Positions 26,149 through 35,537 of a stretch of DNA of 64,000 nucleotides are shown piece after piece; the first letter of the stretch is position 1, and each line of letters opens with the position of its first letter. The position numbers were made by a program, and so were the translations under genes. The notes beneath the pieces are model-generated. The model searched no databases. It was not told the origin of the DNA and worked only from the letters and a program-made list of their open reading frames with translations. Location: IMG/VR virus record IMGVR_UViG_3300027628_000015, one strand, 5' to 3'. Source of the DNA: an uncultured virus (IMG/VR IMGVR_UViG_3300027628_000015). Taxonomy: Duplodnaviria > Heunggongvirae > Uroviricota > Caudoviricetes > Herelleviridae.

Positions 26149-26763
26149 CTAGATACCTACAAACCCTTGTTTAACTGCTTCAAGATATTTAGCAAATTCA
26201 GCTGTCTTAGAACCTTCACGACCTGCGGAAGTGTTTGTACCAAACATAGCGGAACGTTGTGCTGTACTAATCTCTAACTGCACACCTTTATATGACAGGG
26301 TTCTGTTTACAATGTTCTCGGGCTCACGTCCTGCTAATCCACTGTTCTCTGATACTAACTCACAACTAAACCCTGCTGCTTGTAGTGCCGCAAATACTCT
26401 CTCTTTACGATATGTGTCTGCCCCACCAATAAGAGTATGCTTCGTAGAGCTTGAGTACCCGTGGAATGAGACGCATAGGACTGAACGCTTTACTACCTTT
26501 AATCCCTGCGGCTCATCGAAATGTGTGCTGGTTACGTGCAGGTCTGTATTTCCAGATGATTTAGTACCTTCGAATAGATATAAAGATGAATGAGTATCTT
26601 CTGCAAATGCTTTAGCTAGTTCCGATGTACCTCCCTCGATAGCTCCACCGTGGATAGCAATTGCTACCTTTTGTAACCCTCGGTCCTTTACTGTGATACT
26701 GTAGTCTTTTCCTTCTACGTTAGCTGCTGCTAACTCTTTAAAATTTGCATATAAGTCTGCCAT
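26149..26763 (-). CDS. pghP: poly-gamma-glutamate hydrolase (PghP/DUF867 family)
   Basis: HGGAIEGGTSE, HVTSTHFDEP, SFHG, QLEIS motifs; late-promoter motif at 26805-26813. Confidence 0.9.
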   Translation of the reverse strand: MADLYANFKELAAANVEGKDYSITVKDRGLQKVAIAIHGGAIEGGTSELAKAFAEDTHSSLYLFEGTKSSGNTDLHVTSTHFDEPQGLKVVKRSVLCVSFHGYSSSTKHTLIGGADTYRKERVFAALQAAGFSCELVSENSGLAGREPENIVNRTLSYKGVQLEISTAQRSAMFGTNTSAGREGSKTAEFAKYLEAVKQGFVGI

Positions 26764-26790
26764 TTTCTTTACTCCAATCTATAATGTATT

Positions 26791-26955
26791 TTATTCGTCC
26801 CTATTAATATAGCGAATATGTTCTGCGTCTTTTACCTCTGGTACATACCCGTAATGGAAGAACTTAGTCCACTCTCTTTTAAACTCTTCTAGTTTCTCTG
26901 GGTCCATCTTAGCTGTGTCTATACGAAGTTCGTCTATATCCTTATGTAATGACAA
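26791..26955 (-). CDS. small hypothetical protein (54 aa, not in ORF track)
   Basis: TTG after AGGAGG. Confidence 0.6.
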   Translation of the reverse strand: MSLHKDIDELRIDTAKMDPEKLEEFKREWTKFFHYGYVPEVKDAEHIRYINRDE

Positions 26956-26991
26956 CGGTTTTCCTCCTAACGTGTGTTCTACTTTACGTAA

Positions 26992-27183
26992 TTAAAGTCT
27001 AGGGTCTAAAGGTTGCAAAGGGTTAGTATGTACAACAACTGGTGTCTTTCCTCTGCACGTTTGACAAATATAATCTGATCGTTTAATCTTCTCGAGCTCT
27101 CGCTTATGCTGTAATGATAGCTCTGCTAGTGAGTAAACTGTCACACAGAATACAATGAAACCAATTAGTAGTATAAATACCAT
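26992..27183 (-). CDS. small membrane protein
   Basis: N-terminal TM helix, CxxC. Confidence 0.7.
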   Translation of the reverse strand: MVFILLIGFIVFCVTVYSLAELSLQHKRELEKIKRSDYICQTCRGKTPVVVHTNPLQPLDPRL

Positions 27184-27371
27184 TACTTGCCCTCCATTCG
27201 TTTCCTAGCCTCTAGCTCATGCTTTAGGTTATGGTTAAGGTTATCTGTGTACTTGACTAGCTCTTCCAACTGTTCTAGGGTTATAGGGGTAGGCTTATTA
27301 GGATAAGTATAACTAGGATTTCCATAAGCATGTATCCTAATAAGCTCTATATATCTACTCACATATAACAT
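27183..27371 (-). CDS. hypothetical protein
   Basis: RBS AAGGGGAG. Confidence 0.7.
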   Translation of the reverse strand: MLYVSRYIELIRIHAYGNPSYTYPNKPTPITLEQLEELVKYTDNLNHNLKHELEARKRMEGK

Positions 27372-27383
27372 TACGGCTCCCCC

Positions 27384-27620
27384 TTATTTATAACGTAGAG
27401 CTTTTAATATCTTTCTGAACAATCCTAGCTGCTCTTGCTTATACCCTTCGTAACCAGCATAAGCTACCTCTACTTGAGAGTGTAATTCATCTTTACATTT
27501 GTCACAGATATGGATATCTAATGCATCTCCACTAACCCATTTAATAGTTGCATGGTTAGCTCCACCTTTATCCATACATACATTGTCACATACATCACAG
27601 TAAGTAGTTACTACTTTCAT
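27384..27620 (-). CDS. zinc-finger protein
   Basis: CDVC...ICDKC. Confidence 0.7.
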   Translation of the reverse strand: MKVVTTYCDVCDNVCMDKGGANHATIKWVSGDALDIHICDKCKDELHSQVEVAYAGYEGYKQEQLGLFRKILKALRYK

Positions 27621-27832
27621 TTGTTATTCTCCTCTATAGGGAAGCTAGCAAACGTTAGTGTAACCTTCATAAGTACTTCACTTTCCTTCTTACACTTATC
27701 ACATCTTAAAGTGAACTGATGTTCTGGACCTATTAAGTCTAGTGCCGCATATTTCTCATAATAATAGTCTTCGTGCCCACAATGAGAACAGACCATGATA
27801 TCGTTTGCAATTACTGGTTTAGCTTTAGCCAT
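27617..27832 (-). CDS. zinc-ribbon protein
   Basis: CSHCG...CDKCKK. Confidence 0.7.
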   Translation of the reverse strand: MAKAKPVIANDIMVCSHCGHEDYYYEKYAALDLIGPEHQFTLRCDKCKKESEVLMKVTLTFASFPIEENNK

Positions 27833-27844
27833 TTAATTTTCCTC

Positions 27845-28174
27845 CTATTTACGAGGCGTTAGTGCCCCTAGTATTTTCATACCGCAATCAATACGATGTA
27901 CTAGAGTGTGACAGTTAGGGCAAAGTACTGAAAGGCTTTTAGCTTGTGTAGCTTTATCTAATTGGTGACCGTCCCAGCCTACCCAGCCCTGTTTAGCTGC
28001 TTCCTCTAGTAACTCCGTAATGTCTTGCCCTTTCTTTACTGCTGCACGGATTTTATTCTCCATTGCTTGATGCTCTTGGTAATCGATGTGATGTACCTCT
28101 ACGATATGATAACCGCAGATTTCACATTTGTCTCCGTATGCTTCGATTCCTACTTGTCTGTAATCCGCTGCCAT
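27845..28174 (-). CDS. HNH endonuclease-like protein
   Basis: CEICG...EVHHID...LCPNCH..VH. Confidence 0.75.
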   Translation of the reverse strand: MAADYRQVGIEAYGDKCEICGYHIVEVHHIDYQEHQAMENKIRAAVKKGQDITELLEEAAKQGWVGWDGHQLDKATQAKSLSVLCPNCHTLVHRIDCGMKILGALTPRK

Positions 28175-28240
28175 TTCTTTCTCTCCCTACTATATTTGAT
28201 AGAGCCTCTGCTGAGACCTATCTTAATATAGCTTTACGAA

Positions 28241-28540
28241 CTAAGATAACCTTCCGTACCGGGTGACAAATAATCCCAATGCGTACATTTGTTTATCGGA
28301 TAGTTTTCTGCCTGCTATCCCTTGTATAAAGATGCTTTGAGCTGTTGCCGGGAGCTTATCTATCTTCTTATGAGGAGAGAGGGACTGTAATACGCCCCTT
28401 GTATCTCCCAGTATAGTAGTTAGGTCTACTTGATGAAGGTACTCTCCTACAGCTAACTCCTCTTCTATTTGTGCATCCCTACGTTCCATTGCCCACATTT
28501 GCTCAAACGTAGAATCTATTAAGTCATCTGCATAACTCAT
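28241..28540 (-). CDS. hypothetical protein
   Basis: coupled ORF with RBS. Confidence 0.7.
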   Translation of the reverse strand: MSYADDLIDSTFEQMWAMERRDAQIEEELAVGEYLHQVDLTTILGDTRGVLQSLSPHKKIDKLPATAQSIFIQGIAGRKLSDKQMYALGLFVTRYGRLS

Positions 28541-29334
28541 ACTGCCTCTCCTCTCGGACCTCCAGCTCTTAACTTATGGAGGTGCTTCCAATCTTCTGTA
28601 TAAAGATCGTAGTACGGTACAAATTTATGTCCGAAGTTAACGTGCTGCTCATCCCACCCTTCTGAAAGGTGATCGTGCATATCTGCTACCATGTCTTCGA
28701 TAGTCATTTCTTCTTCCATAATATCAACCATTGAGCCCGGGAAGAGCTCTGTGTACCAGTAGCGTACCTCGTTAATATTCTCAGAGCATACTAGCTCAAA
28801 CAAGCAATTCATTAAGATTTCTTTCATATCACGCTCTCTTCTTGTCAAACCAATCATATGTACATCTTTGATGTCTAAGATTTGAGCTCCTACAGTTACT
28901 TCACCTGACATGTCAACTTCGTGGTCTTCTGGATTGAATCCGTAATCGTATTCCTCGGTCCCTGCAATCATTTCGTATACTAACTGCTCTTGACGAGGAA
29001 TTAAACGACTTTTCTTAGTAGGTACAACTGATTCAACTGTATCGAATGCCATTACCCGGATACCGTCCGTAATTACTGCTGCATACTTCACTTGGATTCT
29101 GTCATGGTTCTTTCTAATGTACGATCTATCTTCGATTGCTTCTAGCATTTCTTTAGGTAGTTCTCCGCAACCATTTTCAATGAAATCCATAAGCTCTTTC
29201 GTTACGTATAGTAAAGGTGTTTGATCAGTTAATTCTACTCCATCTGTTTTATCCCACTCATGAAACGCAATTACGTGGTGCGCCTTCCCCATTCCAGAAA
29301 CCCAATTCGTCCACACATCATGTAAGTATAACAT
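28537..29334 (-). CDS. YjbA/MdfA (DUF3603) family protein
   Basis: MLYLHDVWTNW, FHEW, SYIRKNH, KSRLIPRQEQLVYEM, GLTRRER, YWYTE match B. subtilis YjbA. Confidence 0.9.
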   Translation of the reverse strand: MLYLHDVWTNWVSGMGKAHHVIAFHEWDKTDGVELTDQTPLLYVTKELMDFIENGCGELPKEMLEAIEDRSYIRKNHDRIQVKYAAVITDGIRVMAFDTVESVVPTKKSRLIPRQEQLVYEMIAGTEEYDYGFNPEDHEVDMSGEVTVGAQILDIKDVHMIGLTRRERDMKEILMNCLFELVCSENINEVRYWYTELFPGSMVDIMEEEMTIEDMVADMHDHLSEGWDEQHVNFGHKFVPYYDLYTEDWKHLHKLRAGGPRGEAV

Positions 29335-29848
29335 TATTTTTCCACCCTTCTAGGATTAGTTTTTTCTTATATACATTAAAACTGTACTCAAAACCAACGT
29401 CCTCAGAGCCTTTTAATTGGAAGTATCTGTCCCAAGGCTCCTTATCAAATTCGGGGAAAAATGCGTCTGCTTCAAACTTTTTATCGATCTCTGTAAGATA
29501 TAGACGGTTCGTATAAGGTAGAAACTCTCGGTAGATTGTTTCTCCTCCGATAATCATTAGCTCTGTATCATACCTAAACTCATAGAATATTTGAGCTATA
29601 TCGGTCCTTACCAATACGTCCGGGTGTGGATTATAATTAGGGTCCCTAGTTAATACTACATTTAGTCTCCCTTTTAACGGTTTACCAATGCTTTCAAATG
29701 TCTTTCTTCCCATAACTATTGTTTTATTTTTGGTATGCTTCTTGAACCAGTTAAAGTCTTCTTTGATATGCCATAATAGCTTATTGTCTAGACCCAGTTC
29801 ACCTCGCTTTCCAATAGCTGCGATCATTGCCACATGCAACTGTATCAC
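29318..29848 (-). CDS. dfrA: dihydrofolate reductase
   Basis: LLWHIKED, MGRKTFESIGKPL.GR, IIGG, DAFFP. Confidence 0.95.
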   Translation of the reverse strand: MIQLHVAMIAAIGKRGELGLDNKLLWHIKEDFNWFKKHTKNKTIVMGRKTFESIGKPLKGRLNVVLTRDPNYNPHPDVLVRTDIAQIFYEFRYDTELMIIGGETIYREFLPYTNRLYLTEIDKKFEADAFFPEFDKEPWDRYFQLKGSEDVGFEYSFNVYKKKLILEGWKNNVILT

Positions 29849-29872
29849 CTCCCCTCGGTTACTCTAGCATTC

Positions 29873-30067
29873 TTACTTAAGCCAAAGTTCGTCTAGGAAG
29901 TCGATGTATTGGTTAAGCTGCGTTTCATTTAGAGCGTTAATTTCCTTTTGCCCTAAACCGAAAGCCTCTTCTGATTCTCTGATAAACTCTCGTACCGTTT
30001 GCTCGTTAGTAGAGCCGGGTACTAATTCTGTAAATGGTGCGTCTAAGTTTCTGTGAGTGAATAGCAT
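29873..30067 (-). CDS. hypothetical protein
   Basis: RBS GGAGGAG. Confidence 0.7.
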   Translation of the reverse strand: MLFTHRNLDAPFTELVPGSTNEQTVREFIRESEEAFGLGQKEINALNETQLNQYIDFLDELWLK

Positions 30068-30070
30068 CTA

Positions 30071-30313
30071 TTATTCTCCTCCCTGTACTAACTCTGCGGT
30101 ACATTTAATTGTATAAGCTGAATCGTCTGATAACTCTATGAAAAATCCGTTCTCACCGAGACTAGAATTTACTACTTTAAATATTGTTTGATCTTCATGA
30201 ATACGTCTCATATGCTCCTCGAAGTACTCTTTAACAGTACCTTCAAACTCTTCTGTAACCTCTTGTTCGTGACCTTTTACCTGCCACTGTTTTAATTTAA
30301 ACTCGTTTTTCAT
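30071..30313 (-). CDS. hypothetical protein
   Basis: ATG (MKNEF) after GGGAGG; sigmaA promoter at about 30346-30374. Confidence 0.7.
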   Translation of the reverse strand: MKNEFKLKQWQVKGHEQEVTEEFEGTVKEYFEEHMRRIHEDQTIFKVVNSSLGENGFFIELSDDSAYTIKCTAELVQGGE

Positions 30314-30381
30314 ATTATTTCCTCCCTTTCCTTTGCTTGTATTAAGTCTATAACATTGTCTGTAACTTGTCAATAACTTTT

Positions 30382-30969
30382 TTACTTTAATTTTTCACCT
30401 GTGATGTTGAACATAACCATATCTATGTTATAGTATAGCGCTTCTAGCGTAGTATCGTTTTGGATAACGTAGTCCACATCAAAGTCTTTTACATGCTTCT
30501 CTGTTTCAAAATTAAGATTATTTTCGTCAAACTCATCTCCAGCAGCTTTCATACGCTCAATACGTACCTCTAGTGGAGCCTCTACTCGAATAATGATATA
30601 ACCTTCTGCACGTAATCTCTCTAATTCATTAGGCTGGCGTAGGTCTGTAATTAGAGGAGAGAATACAGCTTCAGAGCCTGTAATGTTATAATTCTGGGCA
30701 ACTCGTCTAATTTTGTTAATCTGATCAAAGCAAAGGTTAACCCAAACGTCTTCTCCGTGCGTATATCGTTTATATTGACCGTGTAACTGATAGCCTCTTA
30801 CAGGCTTAGGGAATTGAGGGATATGTGGGTTTTGTAAATGGAAATCCTTCTTTAATTCGTCAGCAAAGGCGAACGGATAGAGGATGTATTTATCCTCTAG
30901 GTACTCCGCTACCGTATCTTTCCCAGTTCTCATTTCACCACATAAGGCAATCTTAGTCTCTTTTTTCAT
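30382..30969 (-). CDS. deoxynucleoside monophosphate kinase
   Basis: GEMRTGKDT P-loop, FAD.LK, ITDLRQPNE. Confidence 0.85.
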   Translation of the reverse strand: MKKETKIALCGEMRTGKDTVAEYLEDKYILYPFAFADELKKDFHLQNPHIPQFPKPVRGYQLHGQYKRYTHGEDVWVNLCFDQINKIRRVAQNYNITGSEAVFSPLITDLRQPNELERLRAEGYIIIRVEAPLEVRIERMKAAGDEFDENNLNFETEKHVKDFDVDYVIQNDTTLEALYYNIDMVMFNITGEKLK

Positions 30970-30989
30970 TTTAATGTTCCTCCCTGTTT

Positions 30990-31898
30990 TTAGTTTCCTA
31001 CTGATAATTTACCTTTGATTGTTGGATGGGGGCTATAGTCAATTAGCTCAATATCATCCATTGTGTAATCTTCAATTCTATCATGTACAGTTTTCACGAT
31101 CAGCTTAGGCATCGGTCGTGGTGTACGAGATAGCTGTAACTTAATTTGCTCTTCGTGGTTAGAGTAGATATGAGCATCACCAAATGTATGAATGAACTTT
31201 CCTACCTCTAAGCCGGTCATCTTAGCGATAATGTGTACTAATAGTGCATAGCTAGCGATATTAAACGGTACACCTAAGAAGAAATCCGCTGAACGCTGAT
31301 ACATCTTGCAGCTTAGCTCTCCATCCTGTACGTAGAATTGGAATAGTACATGACATGGAGGTAAAGCCATGCTTGGGATTTTTGCCGGATTCCACGCTGT
31401 AACTAGCAATCTACGTGAGTCCGGGTTATTTTTGATCTGTTCAATAACATCCTGTAACTGGTCGATATGTTCAGTAGACGTTAGACCCGGAAAATCTTCT
31501 GAAGTAGGTGTATTAACTTCCCAACTGCGCCACTGTTTCCCGTAGATAGGTCCTAAGTCGTATCCTAAGTCTTTAACCATTTCTACAAACTCATCTTTTG
31601 TTAGTTCACCACCATATTTACTTTTATAATCTCGATAACCGTCATCGGTCCAGATGTTAACGTTTTTCTCTAGTAAACTTTTAAGGTCTGTATCTCCTCT
31701 AGCAAACCAGAACAATTCTTCTCCGACAATACGCATAGGGATAGCTTTATTTGTTAGTGCTGGGAATCCCTCTTTTAGGTCAAATTCCATTTGTGGTCCA
31801 AATAGAGAGATAGTTCCTGTTCCCGTTCGGTCTCCTTTACGTTTACCCTCGTTTAAAATTCGTGCTGCCATATTGTTATAGACTAAATCTGCATGCAT
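30990..31898 (-). CDS. thyA: thymidylate synthase
   Basis: DRTGTGT, LGPIYGKQWR, ALPPCH, YQRSAD.FLGVPFNIASY. Confidence 0.97.
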   Translation of the reverse strand: MHADLVYNNMAARILNEGKRKGDRTGTGTISLFGPQMEFDLKEGFPALTNKAIPMRIVGEELFWFARGDTDLKSLLEKNVNIWTDDGYRDYKSKYGGELTKDEFVEMVKDLGYDLGPIYGKQWRSWEVNTPTSEDFPGLTSTEHIDQLQDVIEQIKNNPDSRRLLVTAWNPAKIPSMALPPCHVLFQFYVQDGELSCKMYQRSADFFLGVPFNIASYALLVHIIAKMTGLEVGKFIHTFGDAHIYSNHEEQIKLQLSRTPRPMPKLIVKTVHDRIEDYTMDDIELIDYSPHPTIKGKLSVGN

Positions 31899-31900
31899 TA

Positions 31901-32635
31901 TTAATGTCCTCCTAGTTCTTCAATTAAGTTTGCTTTTACATTTTGTTCAAAGATGTGGTCGATATAATCTACTAGATCATCATGTCTGTAATGGGAGTGG
32001 AATTTAGGTCTTAATTGCTCAGCCATGACGTACCATTGACCCATTTGCTCTTTAATAAACTTTTCACTAGTAAGACCTTGTTTCATTCTAAGTAGATGAT
32101 CTCTAGCGCCCTTATCAATATGCTCGTCATACCATAAGCAGCTAGCATAATCGGTATAGTCTTTTTTATAATAATCATAGATAGTCTGCATTACTCTGAA
32201 CCCGTTAGCTGCATCCTTCTTCGCTTTTACTTCATCCCCTCTATCCATCTTCTTTTTATATAACTTCATAGCGTTATGGAAGATTCCGAACGAAGCGTCA
32301 AACAGATGAGATAGATTAACTCGAGTAATTTCCTCACGGATACCATATAAGTCATTCCAGATAGGGTCCTCGTTATGACTAACCTTTACTGAATATAAAA
32401 CTTCAATTGTATTTGGGTTACTCTTAATCAATCCTTCTCTCAATCTTCTAACATCATTCCAAGAATTATCTACAGCCTCTGTAACCTTACTTGGTTTACT
32501 CCAATCGGCTCTCTTATACAAGTCCTCAAATGTTGGGTAATAGTATGTGATATAGTCCTCGTCAGAAGCTAGAGTCATTAAGTTATAGTTAGCGGACCCA
32601 TACTGTGCGCTGAAAGCTACTTTATTGTTCAACAT
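31901..32635 (-). CDS. Pol-beta superfamily nucleotidyltransferase (RlaP/YcgL-like)
   Basis: YGSANYNL...SDED motif; KSNPNTIEVL. Confidence 0.75.
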   Translation of the reverse strand: MLNNKVAFSAQYGSANYNLMTLASDEDYITYYYPTFEDLYKRADWSKPSKVTEAVDNSWNDVRRLREGLIKSNPNTIEVLYSVKVSHNEDPIWNDLYGIREEITRVNLSHLFDASFGIFHNAMKLYKKKMDRGDEVKAKKDAANGFRVMQTIYDYYKKDYTDYASCLWYDEHIDKGARDHLLRMKQGLTSEKFIKEQMGQWYVMAEQLRPKFHSHYRHDDLVDYIDHIFEQNVKANLIEELGGH

Positions 32636-32870
32636 CGAATTGTTCCTCCTCTTTGATCTTCTCTTTTAACCATGCTGGAAAGAAAGCTGCTTCTTTAACT
32701 TCAATATGTGCTGTAGTTTCCTTACATCTGAAGCAGTACATATGTTTAATATGATTTCTTTCTTTCATCTTTCCTCTCTTCCTATGTATAGGAACAATAT
32801 TCTCACAAATTTCACACTCTAAATGCGTTTGTTGCGTTCTGGTTTTAGCACCTGAAGCCATTTTATACAC
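32622..32870 (-). CDS. ribosomal protein L33-like zinc-ribbon protein
   Basis: LECEIC...MYCFRCKETTAHIEVK. Confidence 0.65.
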   Translation of the reverse strand: MYKMASGAKTRTQQTHLECEICENIVPIHRKRGKMKERNHIKHMYCFRCKETTAHIEVKEAAFFPAWLKEKIKEEEQFDVEQ

Positions 32871-32995
32871 CCCCGTTTTTTAGTAAGGTTGATAGCTTGT
32901 TGACTCTCTATCAACCTTGTAACTTGATTATATAATACAAACCCTTGCTTGTCAATACAATTTCTGAAAATTTTGGAAAGGCTGTAACTTTTTTT

Positions 32996-33553
32996 TTAAA
33001 GCTTGGTTTCATACAGCTTTTTATTACGAAGAATCTTCTCGTAGCAAGCCTCAATCACTAATGAGTCATAAAGTGCATTATGTTTCTTCCCATTGATCGG
33101 CTTATCAATAAATGCTTCACGGCTGATATCTGGGTCAATGCCAAACATTTTAAATAGAGTGCAAATATCATAAAAGATATAGTCTACATTTTTAGGGATA
33201 GCAAATGCCCCACCCAACATAGCATTTAATAGCACTCCATCGTAGCTTAGACAATCTCCCCAAAATTCTACGTGATCGAATTGTTTTAACCATTTCTGTA
33301 ACTCTTCTTTTACCATTCGGGCATTACCTTTTAAGACAGTATATAATCCAAGGGTACGCACAAAATGAGGTTCGTTATTGAAACTTAAGTTATCTATTAC
33401 ATTTTCCTGAATCCAGTTATCTACTTGGCGTGTATCGTAGTCGGTAAACTCAGCATAGAATTGGTGACCACTAGTTGCCGTTATCCCTAAGCTAATCGGT
33501 GTGGTGTGTTGATGTAACCCGGTAAATTCAAAATCAAAGAAAAGTTTAGTCAT
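32996..33553 (-). CDS. DEDDh 3'-5' exoribonuclease (RNase AS/Rv2179c-like)
   Basis: FFDFEFTG...ISLG...HNALYD. Confidence 0.85.
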   Translation of the reverse strand: MTKLFFDFEFTGLHQHTTPISLGITATSGHQFYAEFTDYDTRQVDNWIQENVIDNLSFNNEPHFVRTLGLYTVLKGNARMVKEELQKWLKQFDHVEFWGDCLSYDGVLLNAMLGGAFAIPKNVDYIFYDICTLFKMFGIDPDISREAFIDKPINGKKHNALYDSLVIEACYEKILRNKKLYETKL

Positions 33554-33648
33554 TGTTTTCTCCTCCTATATTAACTCTGTAACTTTACTGTATGATATGC
33601 AAAAAATAGCAGCCAAGAGGCTTGACTGCTAGATTTTGGGCTGCCTAT

Positions 33649-34602
33649 TTATTTTTTAAGGTGCAAAATGCGTCTCTTAAACGCTAGTACGATTCCTTTA
33701 TCGCTTAGCTCATCGATCTCATGCTTTGAGTTTGCTGGTAAGCTAGAAAGGTAGAAGCGCAATACCTCGATATCGTCTTCCGTAAACTCTTTAACATTTG
33801 CATAACTTTCTTCAATAAAGTCTAACGTAGAGTTAACTTGGAACGATACCATGTTACTAACATTCGTTACATACTCAAGAAGGTTTTCACTTTTATTCTG
33901 TTTAAAAGCTACCCCATCCGTGTAACCCTCCATTTCAAACCCGTCCATCTTCATTGAAAAGACCTTAAGCGGCTCCTCTGCTGTAGCGCACTCATTAAGA
34001 CAGTTACATGTTTTACAGTAATCTTTGTTAACTACCACTCCGGCTAAGAATCCGCCTGTTACAGGTACTGTATCAAGTGTATAACCCATCTCCTGAATCT
34101 TGTCAAGGAATTGTTCGTAACATAGACCGTCAAACATATAATCTAAGTATTCTCCTTCTTCCTCTTCCGGCTGTGATTTATCCACCTCACAAGCACATGT
34201 ACTCGGTGTACATTTTGTAGCGCAAATACCTTTATTAAAATTTTCTTCTTTAGCTTTACTACGTTCCGCTGCTTCTTCAATACGAGATTGGATATAGTTC
34301 TCAACAACCGTGTTATCAAAGTAGCCTTTTAATGGAGGAATTTTAGTTTTCTCTGGGTCCATATTCTCATCCGATTCTAAGCTATCGTCTGAAAGATTGA
34401 CTGCTGTAAGAAGCTCTTTGGCAAAGTCAACTAATTCTTCTACCGCTTCGTGGAACCCTGCTTGTTTAGCTGTTAACTCTGAAAGCTTCATGTCTTTCTT
34501 GTTATTAATGTACGTACTATTTTCGTACATTGAACGGATATAACGAAGCTGATTTTCTACATTTCTAAATTTTTTATAAATTTCTACTGCATGTTCAGCC
34601 AT
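33649..34602 (-). CDS. hypothetical protein
   Basis: 317-aa ORF, RBS AGGAGG. Confidence 0.8.
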   Translation of the reverse strand: MAEHAVEIYKKFRNVENQLRYIRSMYENSTYINNKKDMKLSELTAKQAGFHEAVEELVDFAKELLTAVNLSDDSLESDENMDPEKTKIPPLKGYFDNTVVENYIQSRIEEAAERSKAKEENFNKGICATKCTPSTCACEVDKSQPEEEEGEYLDYMFDGLCYEQFLDKIQEMGYTLDTVPVTGGFLAGVVVNKDYCKTCNCLNECATAEEPLKVFSMKMDGFEMEGYTDGVAFKQNKSENLLEYVTNVSNMVSFQVNSTLDFIEESYANVKEFTEDDIEVLRFYLSSLPANSKHEIDELSDKGIVLAFKRRILHLKK

Positions 34603-35355
34603 TTATTCATTTCCTCCTATTGTCATCATCTTGATTGTTTCTTGGATTTCATCTGCGTGTGCCGCAAAAGAACCTCTATAGTTTTTCAATAGCGTATGCT
34701 CTTTAGTTTTAGTACCTCTATAGTGCTGAATAAAGATTTCAAATGGCAGTAAGCCATTGATTCGTTGTATTTTAGGGTCATCTAATTGTTGAGTACTACC
34801 GATTGTAGTAATCTTACAGCTATCAGCGCAACGTGTGTAAATAGTATGTAGCTCATGAAGACTCATGTTCTGCGCTTCGTCTAAGATAACAAAAGCATTT
34901 TCATATGTTACTCCACGCTCGTAAGATGTAGTTATAGCCTCAGCTTTAATGCCTTGGAACTCCTCGTCATCGTCATCATCTCGGTTTCTCTCTCCAGCCC
35001 ATACCTCAAATAGACCCGGCTGTACCTTATCTAAGGCACTAATAAACGGTTTCATAAAAGGTCTTTCTTTGTCTTTTACTCCACCCGGTAAGAATCCTTG
35101 GTCTCTAGTTGCGACTGCATTTCTTATGTAAACGATTTTATCATAGTCTGTAGCTTTTTCGACCTCGTACGCTCCGGCTAAGACAGCTAGTGTAGTTTTA
35201 CCTGTCCCACTCTTAGAGTCACAGAATACAGCCTGCACCTCTTCTTTAGGAGCCCACAGTGATTGCATGTATGCTAGTTGGTGTTCATCACCAAATACGT
35301 TAAATCCTTTTTCGATTAACCATTTATATCTGATATCTTTATAAACACTAGCCAA
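34603..35355 (-). CDS. phoH: PhoH-family ATPase
   Basis: SGTGKT, GFLPG, ERG.T, VILDEAQN; TTG start after GAGAGG. Confidence 0.9.
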   Translation of the reverse strand: MASVYKDIRYKWLIEKGFNVFGDEHQLAYMQSLWAPKEEVQAVFCDSKSGTGKTTLAVLAGAYEVEKATDYDKIVYIRNAVATRDQGFLPGGVKDKERPFMKPFISALDKVQPGLFEVWAGERNRDDDDDEEFQGIKAEAITTSYERGVTYENAFVILDEAQNMSLHELHTIYTRCADSCKITTIGSTQQLDDPKIQRINGLLPFEIFIQHYRGTKTKEHTLLKNYRGSFAAHADEIQETIKMMTIGGNE

Positions 35356-35506
35356 TACAATCAACCTCTCTGAATGATATATTTTGTGGTATCTTACTTT
35401 CATTATAGCATAAAAATGGGAGGTTTTTATGCTACGAGCTACATTTGGGAGGTTTTGTAACTTAACTCTAATATACACTATATCCTATAGCCTGTCAATA
35501 TAAAAT

Positions 35507-35536
35507 AAAAAAAACTTCCCGAAGGAAGTTTTTTTT
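35507..35536. terminator. bidirectional intrinsic terminator
   Basis: A-run-CTTCC-CGAA-GGAAG-T-run. Confidence 0.85.
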
Positions 35537-35537
35537 A

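Noticed and set aside
32958..32972. CodY-like box CAATTTCTGAAAATT next to a -35
   Set aside because: 13/15 match, but single and AT-rich in an AT-rich UP region; not distinguishable from chance
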